Of a stretch of DNA of 64,000 nt, positions 30,017 through 39,109 are shown in pieces; position 1 is the first letter of the stretch, and each line of letters starts with the position of its first letter. The stretch covers positions 38,715 to 102,714 of the forward strand of contig JACKKG010000002.1 of assembly GCA_020637515.1 (NCBI GenBank). Direction: 5' to 3'. Position numbers and translations under genes: made by a program. The notes beneath the pieces were generated by a model that was not told where the DNA came from, searched no databases, and saw nothing but the letters and a program-made list of their open reading frames with translations. The stretch is from Rhodobacter sp. Its GTDB lineage: Bacteria; Pseudomonadota; Alphaproteobacteria; Rhodobacterales; Rhodobacteraceae.

Positions 30017-30030
30017 GCAAACCGTTTTGC
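30017..30030. promoter_or_regulatory. Third LacI/PurR-type operator copy
   Basis: GCAAACCGTTTTGC, 36 nt upstream of the regulator ATG (30066). It has the same arms as the 29955-29982 sites. Confidence 0.55.
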
Positions 30031-30065
30031 TAGACCGGACCCCCAAAAGGACGGAAACCGCCGCG

Positions 30066-31061
30066 ATGCGCAAACCCACGATCAGCGACCTGGCACGGGT
30101 GGCCGGTGTGTCCAAGACCACCGTGTCCCATGCCTACAGCGAACGGCGCCACGTCGATCCCGAAACGCGCAAACGCATTTTCGCCATAGCCGAGGAGATC
30201 GGCTATCGCCCGAACCGCGCCGCGCAGCACCTCAGGACCGGCCGCACGGGGATCATCGCGCTGGCGTCGTCGATGCCCTTTGCGGTTGCCGCCGGACCGT
30301 CGCGGCTGGGTTTCCTGATGGAGATCGCGGCCAGCGCCGCCGTCGCCTCGCTGACCCGCAACATGGCGCTGTGCCTGGTGCCCCCCCTGGCCGAGGGCGC
30401 CCGGTTCGACGCCGTGGTGCCCGATGGCGCGATCCTGGTCGAACCGCGCGATGGCGACCCGTTGCTGGCGCAATTCCTGACCGACGGGGTGCCGGTGGTG
30501 GCGATCGGCCGGGCGCCCGGGCAACCCGACCTGCCCTGCGTCGATCTGCGCTCGGCCGTGGGGGCGCAGCGGGTGCTGGACCATCTGGCGGCACAGGGCG
30601 CGCGACGGATCGGGCTGGTGACCGGCGCGCAGCGGCGCTGGTCGTATCTGGAAAGCGAGGCCGTGCACGCCGCGTTCTGCCAGGCGCGCGGGCTGCGCGC
30701 CGTGCAGATCCAACTGGACGAGGCCGGGGGCGAGGACCTTGCCGAGGCCGCCATCGTGCGCCTGTTGCAGCATGAGCCCGATCTGGATGCGCTGTTCGTG
30801 CCGGTCGATGCCTTTGCCACCGGCGCGACGCGGGCCGCCGCCGCGCTGCGCCGCCGGGTGCCGCAGGACCTGCGGCTGGCGACCCGTTACAACGGGCTGC
30901 GCGCGCGGCTGGCCGATCCGCCGCTGACGGCGCTGGACCTGCACCTGGACACGCTGGCGGATCTGGCGGTCGGACTGCTGCTGACGCAGCTCGACAGCGG
31001 TGCGGCCGACAGCGTGCTTGCCCCCGAACCCGACCTGGTGCCGCGCCGCTCCACCGCCTGA
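30066..31061 (+). CDS. LacI-family transcriptional regulator
   Basis: MRKPTISDLARVAGVSKTTVSHAYS helix-turn-helix N-terminus plus a periplasmic-binding-protein-like core. ATG 30066 checked. Confidence 0.9.
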   Translation: MRKPTISDLARVAGVSKTTVSHAYSERRHVDPETRKRIFAIAEEIGYRPNRAAQHLRTGRTGIIALASSMPFAVAAGPSRLGFLMEIAASAAVASLTRNMALCLVPPLAEGARFDAVVPDGAILVEPRDGDPLLAQFLTDGVPVVAIGRAPGQPDLPCVDLRSAVGAQRVLDHLAAQGARRIGLVTGAQRRWSYLESEAVHAAFCQARGLRAVQIQLDEAGGEDLAEAAIVRLLQHEPDLDALFVPVDAFATGATRAAAALRRRVPQDLRLATRYNGLRARLADPPLTALDLHLDTLADLAVGLLLTQLDSGAADSVLAPEPDLVPRRSTA

Positions 31062-31075
31062 ACGCGGGTGCGGTT

Positions 31076-33556
31076 TCAGAACTGCTCGATCAGCCGGTTC
31101 AGGTAGTCGCGCTCGTCCTCGGGGCGTTCGCGCTCGGCTTGCCGGCGGCGGATCTCGTCCATCAACTCGCGCGCGCGTTCGCGGGGGTCGGTGCCGGGCA
31201 GGACCGATCCGAACTCGCCGCCCTGCGGGCTGCTGCCCAGGTCGCGGCCCAAGGGGTCGCGCCCCGCGCCCTGCCCCTGCGCCTGCTGCTGCGTCTGCCC
31301 GTCCACGCCCTGCCGTTCCCGCCGGTCCGCAAGCTGGGCATCTCGGAACGACCGCAGCCCCTCGCGCAGCGCGTCCAGCGCCTGCGCCTGGCGTTCCAGC
31401 GCGCCGCGCAGGTCCCCCTGCTCGAGCGCCTGCGCGGCCTCGTCCATGGCGCGGTCGGCCTGCTCCAGCGCATCGAGACCGGCGTTGCCTTCCTCGGTCC
31501 CTTCGCCGGGCAATTCGCCCAGTTGCTGCTGGTGCAGATCCTCGCGCAGCTGGCGCTGGCGGTCGGCCAGATCCTGCATCGCCTGCGAGTCGCCCTTGCC
31601 CGGCTCACCCTGTTGCCCGGGGTCCTGCCCCTCGGGACCGAACTGGTCCTGCAATTGCTGGAAGGTCTCGTCGGCCAGACCCTGCTGGTCGCCCAGCGTG
31701 TCGCCCAACCCCTGCATCGCCTGATCGCCCGGCATCGGCTCACCGCCCTGGCCGCGTTGCATCTGAAGATTGTCGAGCAGCGCGTTCAGTTCGGCCATGG
31801 CCTGCGCGGCCTCGTCCATGCGGCCCTCTTCCATCATCTGCTGGATCGCGTCCATCATCTGCTGGATCTGGCTTTGCGTGATCGTCTGGCCCTGCGGATC
31901 GCCCTGGTCGCGCTGGTCGCCGCTCTGATCCTCGGGCGGGGCCTGTTCGGCCAGCATCCGCATGTAATCGTCGGTCGCTTCGCGCAATTCGTCCATCAAC
32001 CCTGCGATTTCGCTGGGGTCGGCGCCATTGCGCATCGCCTCGTCCAGCCGATCGCGGGCGCGTTGCAGGCGTTCACGGGCATTGGCCAGTTCCCCCTCGT
32101 CGATCAGCAGCGCCAGGTCCCAGAGCTGTTGCGCCAGGTCGTCGCGCGCCTCGGGGGTGAAGGTCCCGGCATCCAGCCGCGTTTCGAGGAAGTCCACGGC
32201 CCCCCGGATCAGCACCGGCGCCCCGTCGAAGCGGAACGCCCCCTCGGGCCGGTGCAGCATCCCGCGCAGCAGTTGCGCCGCGTCGCGGGCGTTGGCTGTG
32301 GTCCACAGCAGATCGCGGCGGATCTCGGCCAGGGCCTTGGCCGCCGGCTCGAAAAAGCGCCGGCCCGGCAGGATCACCGATTGCGCGGCGCTGGTGCCCG
32401 TCTGCCCGGCGGCATCGGTCGCGCTGAGCGCGATGCGCACTGGCAGATTGGCCCAGGGGTGCAGCGAGAGGTCCTCGCGCAGGGTGTCGCTGACCTGCGT
32501 GCGGGCGCCCGTCATCGGCAACGGCAGGGCCAGGTGCAGCGGCGCGCGCGGCTCGGGGTCGCGCGACAGGCCGAAACGGCGGTCCACGGCGGCCAGGTCC
32601 AGCGTTATGTCCGCCTGACCGGCGGTCACGCCGAAATCGTCCGAGGCGGTGAAGCCCTGCTCCATCACCCCGCCGCGCGCCCGGGTGACGGGCCCCGAGG
32701 GCTGGATCGCCGGCACGGAATCGGGCGCGACCGTCACCTCCCACGTCCGTCCGCCGGGGCCGTCGATGGCCAGCCGCCCCGAATGGCGCGCGTCGAATTC
32801 CAGCGCCTGCCCGGTTTCGTCGGCCGTCACGCCCGCATCGAGCGACTGGTCCAGCGTCAACGCGCCGACGCGACCATAGAAGCGCAGCACCACGCGGCTG
32901 CCCTGCGGCACCTCGAACGCGTCGCGGTCGATCTCGTTCAGATACAGGCCCGGCCGGCCGGTATAGGCGGGGGGCACGATCCAGCCCTCCCAGCTCGGGC
33001 CGACCACGGCGCCCGCGCTGCCCGGCAGTCCGGCCAGCGGCCCCTGCCCGCCCGGCGCGGCAAAGAGCAGCGCCATCAGCCCCGCCGTCAGCGCCATCAG
33101 CCTGAGGCCGTAGGGATCGCGATGCACCAGGTCGGGCCGGGGGCGCACCGGACGGGCGCGCGCGGCGGCCTGCTGCATCCTCTGGCGGTGGGCGGCCCAC
33201 AGCGCGGCCGAGGCCGGATCGCCCGCGTTGATCGCCTGCCGGTCGGCCAGCGCGGCCAGAGGGCGCCCCGGCAACGTCCGGTCCAGCCGCGTGACGGCCT
33301 CGGCCCGGTTCGGCCAGCGGAACCGCCACAGGCCCAGCGCCAGCGCCACCGCGATCGCCACGACCAGCGCCCCGGCGGCCCAGATCGCCAGATCGCCCGG
33401 CATGCGGGTGTGCAGGTCAAAGGCCCAGGCTGTCCCGGCGATCAACGCCAGCGACCCGGCCAGCCACAGCGCCCGCAGCACCCGTTCGACCACCATCGCC
33501 GCGCGCGTGAGGGCAATCGCGCGAGCAGCGGGAACGAGCGGATCGGTTGGCGCCAT
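31076..33556 (-). CDS. TIGR02302/DUF4175-family large membrane-anchored protein
   Basis: 826 aa. N-terminal TM helices, a central domain, and a C-terminal acidic Q/E/D-rich coiled region (QQMMDAIQQMMEEGRMDEAAQAMAELNALLDNLQ). ATG 33556 checked. Confidence 0.8.
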   Translation of the reverse strand: MAPTDPLVPAARAIALTRAAMVVERVLRALWLAGSLALIAGTAWAFDLHTRMPGDLAIWAAGALVVAIAVALALGLWRFRWPNRAEAVTRLDRTLPGRPLAALADRQAINAGDPASAALWAAHRQRMQQAAARARPVRPRPDLVHRDPYGLRLMALTAGLMALLFAAPGGQGPLAGLPGSAGAVVGPSWEGWIVPPAYTGRPGLYLNEIDRDAFEVPQGSRVVLRFYGRVGALTLDQSLDAGVTADETGQALEFDARHSGRLAIDGPGGRTWEVTVAPDSVPAIQPSGPVTRARGGVMEQGFTASDDFGVTAGQADITLDLAAVDRRFGLSRDPEPRAPLHLALPLPMTGARTQVSDTLREDLSLHPWANLPVRIALSATDAAGQTGTSAAQSVILPGRRFFEPAAKALAEIRRDLLWTTANARDAAQLLRGMLHRPEGAFRFDGAPVLIRGAVDFLETRLDAGTFTPEARDDLAQQLWDLALLIDEGELANARERLQRARDRLDEAMRNGADPSEIAGLMDELREATDDYMRMLAEQAPPEDQSGDQRDQGDPQGQTITQSQIQQMMDAIQQMMEEGRMDEAAQAMAELNALLDNLQMQRGQGGEPMPGDQAMQGLGDTLGDQQGLADETFQQLQDQFGPEGQDPGQQGEPGKGDSQAMQDLADRQRQLREDLHQQQLGELPGEGTEEGNAGLDALEQADRAMDEAAQALEQGDLRGALERQAQALDALREGLRSFRDAQLADRRERQGVDGQTQQQAQGQGAGRDPLGRDLGSSPQGGEFGSVLPGTDPRERARELMDEIRRRQAERERPEDERDYLNRLIEQF

Positions 33557-33582
33557 GAAGACCTCTCGCAGGCGGGCCGGGC

Positions 33583-34848
33583 TTACAGCCAGGCCGGTAT
33601 CGTATCGCGGGCGATCATCGCCTCATAGCTGGGGCGGGGCCGGATAACGGCGAAATGATCGCCCGAGACCAGCACCTCGGGCACCAGGGGGCGGGCGTTG
33701 TATTCGGACGCCATGACCGCCCCATAGGCCCCCGCCGAGCGGAAGGCGACCAGTTCGCCCGCCTGCACCAGCGGCATCGCGCGCTGCCTGGCAAAGGTGT
33801 CACCGGATTCGCAGACCGGCCCGACGATATCGACCGGCACCAGCGGCGCGCCCGGCGGCGATTCGAGCACCGGCAGGATGTCGTGGTGGGCGCCATACAT
33901 GGCCGGGCGCACCAGGTCATTCATCGCCGCGTCCAGGATCAGGAACTCGCGGTCCTCGGCCTTCTTGCGGTAGATGACCTGCGCCACCAGGATCCCGGCG
34001 TTCCCCGAGATCAGGCGCCCGGGCTCGATCTCGATCTCGCAGCCCAGGTCGCCCAGCACGCGCTTGACCATCGCGCCGTAATCGGTCGGCAGGGGCGGCG
34101 CCTCGTTGCCACGGGTATAGGGAATGCCCAGACCGCCGCCCAGGTCCAGCCGGTCGATGGTGTGGCCGTCGGCCCTGAGCGCGCGCGTCAGGTCCGCCAT
34201 CTTGCGATAGGCGGCCTCGAACGGGGCGAGGTCGGTCAACTGGCTTCCGATATGCATGTCGATCCCGACCACCCGGATCCCCGGCAGGCCGGCGGCCCGG
34301 GCGTAGATCGCGCGCGCGCGGCTGATCGGCACGCCGAACTTGTCTTCCTTGCGCCCGGTCGCGATCTTTTCGTGGGTGCCGGCGTCCACGTCGGGATTGA
34401 CCCGCAGCGTGATCGGCGCCTCAAGCCCCAGCGCGCTGGCAACGGCCGAGAGCGCCTCGAGCTCGGGCTCGCTTTCGACATTGAACTGGCGGATGCCGCC
34501 CTCCAGCGCCTGCCGCATTTCCGCCGGGGTCTTGCCGACCCCCGAGAACACGATCCGCTCGCCCGGAACCCCGGCAGCCCGGGCCCGCAGGTATTCGCCG
34601 ATCGACACCACGTCCATCCCCGCCCCCAGGTCGCCCAGAACCTTCAGCACGGCCACGTTGGCGTTCGATTTGACCGCGAAGCAGACCAGCGAGGGCAGCG
34701 GGTCCAGCGCCTCCTGGAACAGCTGGAAATGGCGCGTCAGGGTCGCCTGCGAATAGCAGTAAAACGGCGTGCCCACGGCGGCGGCAATGTCTGACACCGC
34801 GACGTCTTCGGCATGGAGGTGCCCGTTTCGATAGAGAAAATGGTCCAA
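33583..34848 (-). CDS. lysA: Diaminopimelate decarboxylase
   Basis: 421 aa. The MDHFLYRNGHLHAEDV N-terminus matches LysA N-termini. The first codon at 34848-34846 is TTG in the sequence. FAVKSN (PLP lysine) and CESGD motifs are present. Confidence 0.95.
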   Translation of the reverse strand: MDHFLYRNGHLHAEDVAVSDIAAAVGTPFYCYSQATLTRHFQLFQEALDPLPSLVCFAVKSNANVAVLKVLGDLGAGMDVVSIGEYLRARAAGVPGERIVFSGVGKTPAEMRQALEGGIRQFNVESEPELEALSAVASALGLEAPITLRVNPDVDAGTHEKIATGRKEDKFGVPISRARAIYARAAGLPGIRVVGIDMHIGSQLTDLAPFEAAYRKMADLTRALRADGHTIDRLDLGGGLGIPYTRGNEAPPLPTDYGAMVKRVLGDLGCEIEIEPGRLISGNAGILVAQVIYRKKAEDREFLILDAAMNDLVRPAMYGAHHDILPVLESPPGAPLVPVDIVGPVCESGDTFARQRAMPLVQAGELVAFRSAGAYGAVMASEYNARPLVPEVLVSGDHFAVIRPRPSYEAMIARDTIPAWL

Positions 34849-34903
34849 GTCAGGCCCCCGGCCGATGCAGCGTTGATGTCAGTTTCGCGATCTTGCGGAT
34901 TGG

Positions 34904-35209
34904 TCAGACATCCACGCGCCGCAAGAACAGGTAAAGCGGCAGCCCGCAGCTGACGCCGATGAGAAACGTGGCCGGGATCGCCAGCAGGCCGCGCCAGTTG
35001 CCGGTGCGCCGGCTTTCGACGACCACCCAGACCGTCAGTGTCGCCGCCGCGATGGTCAGGTCCCACACCAGCCCCGAGGTCGCCGCGTTGACATGCCAGG
35101 CCGCGACCAGCCCCGACAGCGACACGCCGTTCTCGGCGAACCACGCCAGGAACCAGCGCATCGGGTGGATCGCCCCCCAGAGCGCCAGCGCCAGCCAGAC
35201 CAGCCGCAT
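34904..35209 (-). CDS. Small membrane protein (DUF2834-like)
   Basis: 101 aa from ATG 35209 (checked): [28 protein letters not shown]. Three to four hydrophobic helices. Confidence 0.7.
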   Translation of the reverse strand: MRLVWLALALWGAIHPMRWFLAWFAENGVSLSGLVAAWHVNAATSGLVWDLTIAAATLTVWVVVESRRTGNWRGLLAIPATFLIGVSCGLPLYLFLRRVDV

Positions 35210-35328
35210 CACTGACCCCGCCAGAAACCGCTCAGGTCCATGCCGCCCGCTGCGGTGGGCGGCTCGCCCGCACCGCAGGCCGACAGCAACACCAGCCCCG
35301 CCAGCGCCGCCCAGAGTGTCCGTCTCAT
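35209..35328 (-). CDS. Putative 39-aa lipoprotein (below track length cutoff)
   Basis: My translation is [39 protein letters not shown], with a lipobox LLSAC. Its ATG 35328 overlaps the argH stop (ATGA), and its TGA overlaps the next ATG (TGATG). Confidence 0.5.
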   Translation of the reverse strand: MRRTLWAALAGLVLLSACGAGEPPTAAGGMDLSGFWRGQ

Positions 35329-36713
35329 CCCAGGACCTCCTTCCATCGTGCGATCTGCGCCCGCACCTGATCGGGCGCCGTCCCGCCATACGAGACACGA
35401 GAGCGCACCGAGTTGTCCACCCCCAGAACGGAATAGACCTCGGCGGTGATGCCGGGGTGGACCGATTGCATCGCGTCCAGGCTCAGGTCCGGCAGATCAC
35501 AGCCCTTGCCCTCGGCCAGCGCGACCAGCGTGCCGGTGACGTGATGCGCATCGCGGAACGGCAGGTTCAGCGCGCGCACCAGCCAGTCGGCCAGGTCCGT
35601 CGCGGTCGAGAAACCGCTGGCGGCGGCGGCGGTCAGTGCGGCGCGGTTGGCCGTCATGTCCTTGACCATGCCGGTCATCGCGGCCAGCCCCAGCATCAGG
35701 CTGTCGGCGGCATCGAAGACCTGCTCCTTGTCTTCCTGCATGTCCTTGGAATAGGTCAGCGCCAGCCCCTTCATCACCGTGAACAGCGCCACCGTCGCGC
35801 CCAGGATGCGCCCCAGCTTCGCGCGCAGCAGCTCGGCCGCGTCGGGGTTCTTCTTTTGCGGCATGATCGACGAGCCGGTGGTAAAGGCATCCGACAGCCG
35901 CACAAAGCGGAACTGCGCCGACGACCAGATCACCAGCTCTTCGGCGAAGCGGCTCAGATGCATCGCGCAAATCGACGCGGCCGACAGGAATTCCAGCGCG
36001 AAATCGCGGTCCGACACGCTGTCCAGGCTGTTTGCCGTCGGTCGGTCGAAACCCAGCGCCGCGGCCGTGGCGAAGCGGTCGATCGGGAACGAGGTCCCGG
36101 CCAGCGCCGCGGCCCCCAGCGGGCATTCGTTCATCCGGCGGCGGGCATCGTGAAAGCGGCTCTTGTCGCGGGCCAGCATCTCGACATAGGCCAGCATGTG
36201 GTGGCCCCAGGTCACGGGTTGCGCGGTCTGAAGATGGGTAAAGCCCGGCATCACCCAGTCGGCGCCGGCCTCGGCCTGGGCCAGAAAGGCGCGCATCAGC
36301 GCGTCGATTCCGTCGATCGCGGCGTCGGCCTGGTCGCGCACCCAAAGGCGGAAATCGACCGCCACCTGGTCGTTGCGCGAGCGCGCGGTGTGCAGCCGCC
36401 CCGCCGGTTCGCCGATGATCTCCTTCAGACGGGACTCGACGTTCATGTGAATGTCTTCCAGCGCCGTGCGGAACGGGAAGCTGCCGGCCTCGATCTCGGC
36501 CTTGACCTGCGCCAGGCCCGCGTCGATGGCCTGCTGGTCGGCCGGGGTCACGATGCCCTGGGCGGCCAGCATGGCGGCGTGGGCGCGCGATCCGGCGATG
36601 TCCTGGGCAAAGAGACGCCGGTCGAACCCGATCGAGGCATTGATCGCCTCCATGATGGCATCGACCCCGCCGGCAAACCGCCCGCCCCACATGCTGTTCG
36701 CGCCGTCGCTCAT
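35325..36713 (-). CDS. argH: Argininosuccinate lyase
   Basis: 462 aa from ATG 36713 (checked). [10 protein letters not shown]-terminus and the [12 protein letters not shown] fumarate-lyase signature. Confidence 0.97.
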   Translation of the reverse strand: MSDGANSMWGGRFAGGVDAIMEAINASIGFDRRLFAQDIAGSRAHAAMLAAQGIVTPADQQAIDAGLAQVKAEIEAGSFPFRTALEDIHMNVESRLKEIIGEPAGRLHTARSRNDQVAVDFRLWVRDQADAAIDGIDALMRAFLAQAEAGADWVMPGFTHLQTAQPVTWGHHMLAYVEMLARDKSRFHDARRRMNECPLGAAALAGTSFPIDRFATAAALGFDRPTANSLDSVSDRDFALEFLSAASICAMHLSRFAEELVIWSSAQFRFVRLSDAFTTGSSIMPQKKNPDAAELLRAKLGRILGATVALFTVMKGLALTYSKDMQEDKEQVFDAADSLMLGLAAMTGMVKDMTANRAALTAAAASGFSTATDLADWLVRALNLPFRDAHHVTGTLVALAEGKGCDLPDLSLDAMQSVHPGITAEVYSVLGVDNSVRSRVSYGGTAPDQVRAQIARWKEVLG

Positions 36714-36843
36714 CGCAAATCCCCCGATTGTCGCGGCGCCGGTATACGCGCAGGGCGGGTTCGGCGCAATCGGCGGGCAGCGGTTCACCGCCTGTTAACG
36801 GCTGGCGGGCATTCTGGCGGCAGACGGAACAAAGGTGCCAGCG

Positions 36844-37671
36844 ATGCCGACCCCAGACCCCATGCCCGAGGACGGGCTCGAAAGCCCCCTGTCCGTCGCG
36901 GACAGGATGCGACAGAACGAAACCATCGACATGGTGCGCCGTGCCCTGGACGAACGGCGCGCCCTGCTGGCCTATCAGCCGGTGGTGCAGGCGCGCATGA
37001 CCAACCGCGCCGCGTTCTACGAGGCGTTCATCCGCATCCTCGACGACCGCGGGCGGGTGATCCCCGCGCGCGATTTCATGGGCGCGGTGGAAACCAGCGA
37101 ACTGGGCCGGCGCATCGATTGCCTGGCGCTCGAGATGGGGCTGGCCGCGCTGGCGCGCGAACCCTCGATCCGGCTCAGTGTGAACATGTCCGCGCGCTCG
37201 ATCGGCTACCCGTCCTGGCTGGCGGCGCTGGAACGCGGGCTCAGGTCGGACCCGACGATCGCCGAGCGGCTGATTCTGGAAATCACCGAGAGTTCGGCTA
37301 TGGTCATGCCCGATCTGGTAACGGTTTTCATGGCCGACATGCAGGCGCGCGGCATCTGCTTTGCGCTGGACGATTTCGGCGCGGGCTATACGGCGTTCCG
37401 GTATCTCAAGGATTTCTATTTCGACATCATCAAGATCGACGGCCAGTTCATCCGCGGCGTGGCAGGCGACCCGGACAACCAGGTGCTGGCCCAGGCGCTG
37501 GTCTCCATCGCGCGCCATTTCGACATGTTCACCGTCGCCGAATCGGTCGAAACCGCCGAGGACGCGCGCTACCTGATCGACATCGGATTCGACTGCCTTC
37601 AGGGGTATTTCTATGGCATCCCCTCGACCGAGGCCCCCTGGCTCACCTCGAAGCTGGCGAAACTGGCCTGA
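36844..37671 (+). CDS. Stand-alone EAL-domain protein (c-di-GMP phosphodiesterase-like)
   Basis: YQPVV, EAF(IR), SVNMS, EITES, LDDFGAGY, IKIDG, AESVET and LQGYFYG segments cover the EAL catalytic residues. The track ORF opens at GTG 36835; the first ATG is at 36844. Confidence 0.85.
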   Translation: MPTPDPMPEDGLESPLSVADRMRQNETIDMVRRALDERRALLAYQPVVQARMTNRAAFYEAFIRILDDRGRVIPARDFMGAVETSELGRRIDCLALEMGLAALAREPSIRLSVNMSARSIGYPSWLAALERGLRSDPTIAERLILEITESSAMVMPDLVTVFMADMQARGICFALDDFGAGYTAFRYLKDFYFDIIKIDGQFIRGVAGDPDNQVLAQALVSIARHFDMFTVAESVETAEDARYLIDIGFDCLQGYFYGIPSTEAPWLTSKLAKLA

Positions 37672-37817
37672 ATTCCGGTCCGGTTCCGCTAACGGCGCGA
37701 ATTCGGGCGCGTTGCCCGCGTTTTCCGCACTGCGGCATTGATTCGACTCGGGGGGCTGCGTAAACCTTCGGGCATCCGCGCGCCGCATCGGTCGCGCCCT
37801 ATGCGAGAGGATCCCCT

Positions 37818-38990
37818 ATGACCAATGTCGTGATCGTTTCCGCCGCACGCACCGCCGTGGGCTCGTTCAATGGCAGCTTTGCCAACACCCCGGCCCACGA
37901 GCTGGGCGCCGCGGTGATCGAGGCGGTGGTTGCGCGCGCCGGGATCGACAAGGCCGAGGTGTCGGAAACCATCCTCGGGCAGGTGCTGACCGGCGGTCAG
38001 GGCCAGAACCCCGCCCGCCAGGCCGCGATCCGCGCCGGCCTGCCGGTCGAGGCCTCGGCCTGGGGCATCAACCAGGTCTGCGGCTCGGGCCTGCGCGCGG
38101 TCGCGCTGGGGGCGCAGCACGTGCAACTGGGTGACGCGGCCATCGTCGTCGCCGGCGGGCAGGAAAACATGTCGCTGTCGCCCCACGTCGCGCATCTGCG
38201 CGCGGGCTACAAGATGGGCGACGTCAAGTTCATCGATTCGATGATCAAGGACGGGCTTTGGGACGCGTTCAACGGCTATCACATGGGCCAGACCGCCGAG
38301 AACGTCGCCCAGCAGTGGCAGATCAGCCGCGAGATGCAGGACGTGTTCGCCGTCGCCAGCCAGAACAAGGCCGAGGCCGCCCAGAAAGCCGGCCGGTTCG
38401 CAGAGGAGATCACGCCCTTCGTGCTGAAGACCCGCAAGGGCGACATCACCGTCGATTCCGACGAATACGTCCGTCATGGCGCCACAATCGACGCGATGCA
38501 GAAGCTCAAGCCCGCCTTCACCAAGGACGGCTCGGTGACGGCGGCCAATGCCTCGGGCATCAACGACGGCGCGGCCGCGGTCCTGCTCATGAGCGAGGCC
38601 GAAGCCCAGCGTCGCGGCCTGCCGATCCTGGCCCGCATCGCCTCGTATGCGACGGCGGGTCTGGACCCGTCGATCATGGGTGTCGGCCCGATTCATGCCT
38701 CGCGCAAGGCACTGACCAAGGCCGGCTGGGCCGCGACCGATCTGGACCTGGTCGAGGCGAACGAAGCCTTCGCCGCGCAGGCCTGCGCCGTGAACCAGGA
38801 GATGGGCTGGGATCCCGCCCGGGTGAACGTCAACGGCGGCGCCATCGCCATCGGCCACCCGATCGGTGCCTCGGGCGCGCGCATCCTCAACACGCTGCTG
38901 TTCGAGATGAAGCGCCGCAACGCGAAAAAGGGCCTGGCGACCCTGTGCATCGGCGGCGGCATGGGCGTCGCCATGTGCCTGGAACGCTGA
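37818..38990 (+). CDS. phaA: Acetyl-CoA acetyltransferase (beta-ketothiolase)
   Basis: 390 aa. [30 protein letters not shown] (active Cys) and C-terminal CIGGGMG motifs. GAGAGGA RBS. Confidence 0.95.
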   Translation: MTNVVIVSAARTAVGSFNGSFANTPAHELGAAVIEAVVARAGIDKAEVSETILGQVLTGGQGQNPARQAAIRAGLPVEASAWGINQVCGSGLRAVALGAQHVQLGDAAIVVAGGQENMSLSPHVAHLRAGYKMGDVKFIDSMIKDGLWDAFNGYHMGQTAENVAQQWQISREMQDVFAVASQNKAEAAQKAGRFAEEITPFVLKTRKGDITVDSDEYVRHGATIDAMQKLKPAFTKDGSVTAANASGINDGAAAVLLMSEAEAQRRGLPILARIASYATAGLDPSIMGVGPIHASRKALTKAGWAATDLDLVEANEAFAAQACAVNQEMGWDPARVNVNGGAIAIGHPIGASGARILNTLLFEMKRRNAKKGLATLCIGGGMGVAMCLER

Positions 38991-39032
38991 GATCGCCCTG
39001 CGCGCGAAAATTCTTGCTGCGAATGCACAATC

Positions 39033-39057
39033 GGGGGCGCAACAATGTTGCGCCCCC
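39033..39057 (+). terminator. Intercistronic hairpin between phaA and phaB (possible attenuator/processing site)
   Basis: GGGGGCGCAAC-aat-GTTGCGCCCCC followed by ctcttatattc, 43 nt after the phaA stop and 53 nt before the phaB ATG. Confidence 0.45.
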
Positions 39058-39109
39058 CTCTTATATTCGGTAACAGAATTTCAAGAACGGTTATCCTCAG
39101 GAGGACAGT

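Noticed and set aside
36783-36797. GTTCaccgcctGTTA, a near-LexA box in the argH/EAL divergent region. A similar 7/8 match, GTTCgcgacgcGTCT, lies at about 11738-11752.
   Set aside because: There is one mismatch in the conserved tetranucleotide, and matches of that quality are expected by chance many times in 64 kb.
39013-39030. TGCTGCGAATGCACAA between phaA and phaB as a possible PhaR (TGC-rich) binding site.
   Set aside because: It does not fit the dyad I recall (CTGC-N3-GCAG). It is a single weak occurrence, and no phaR or phaP gene is in the window.
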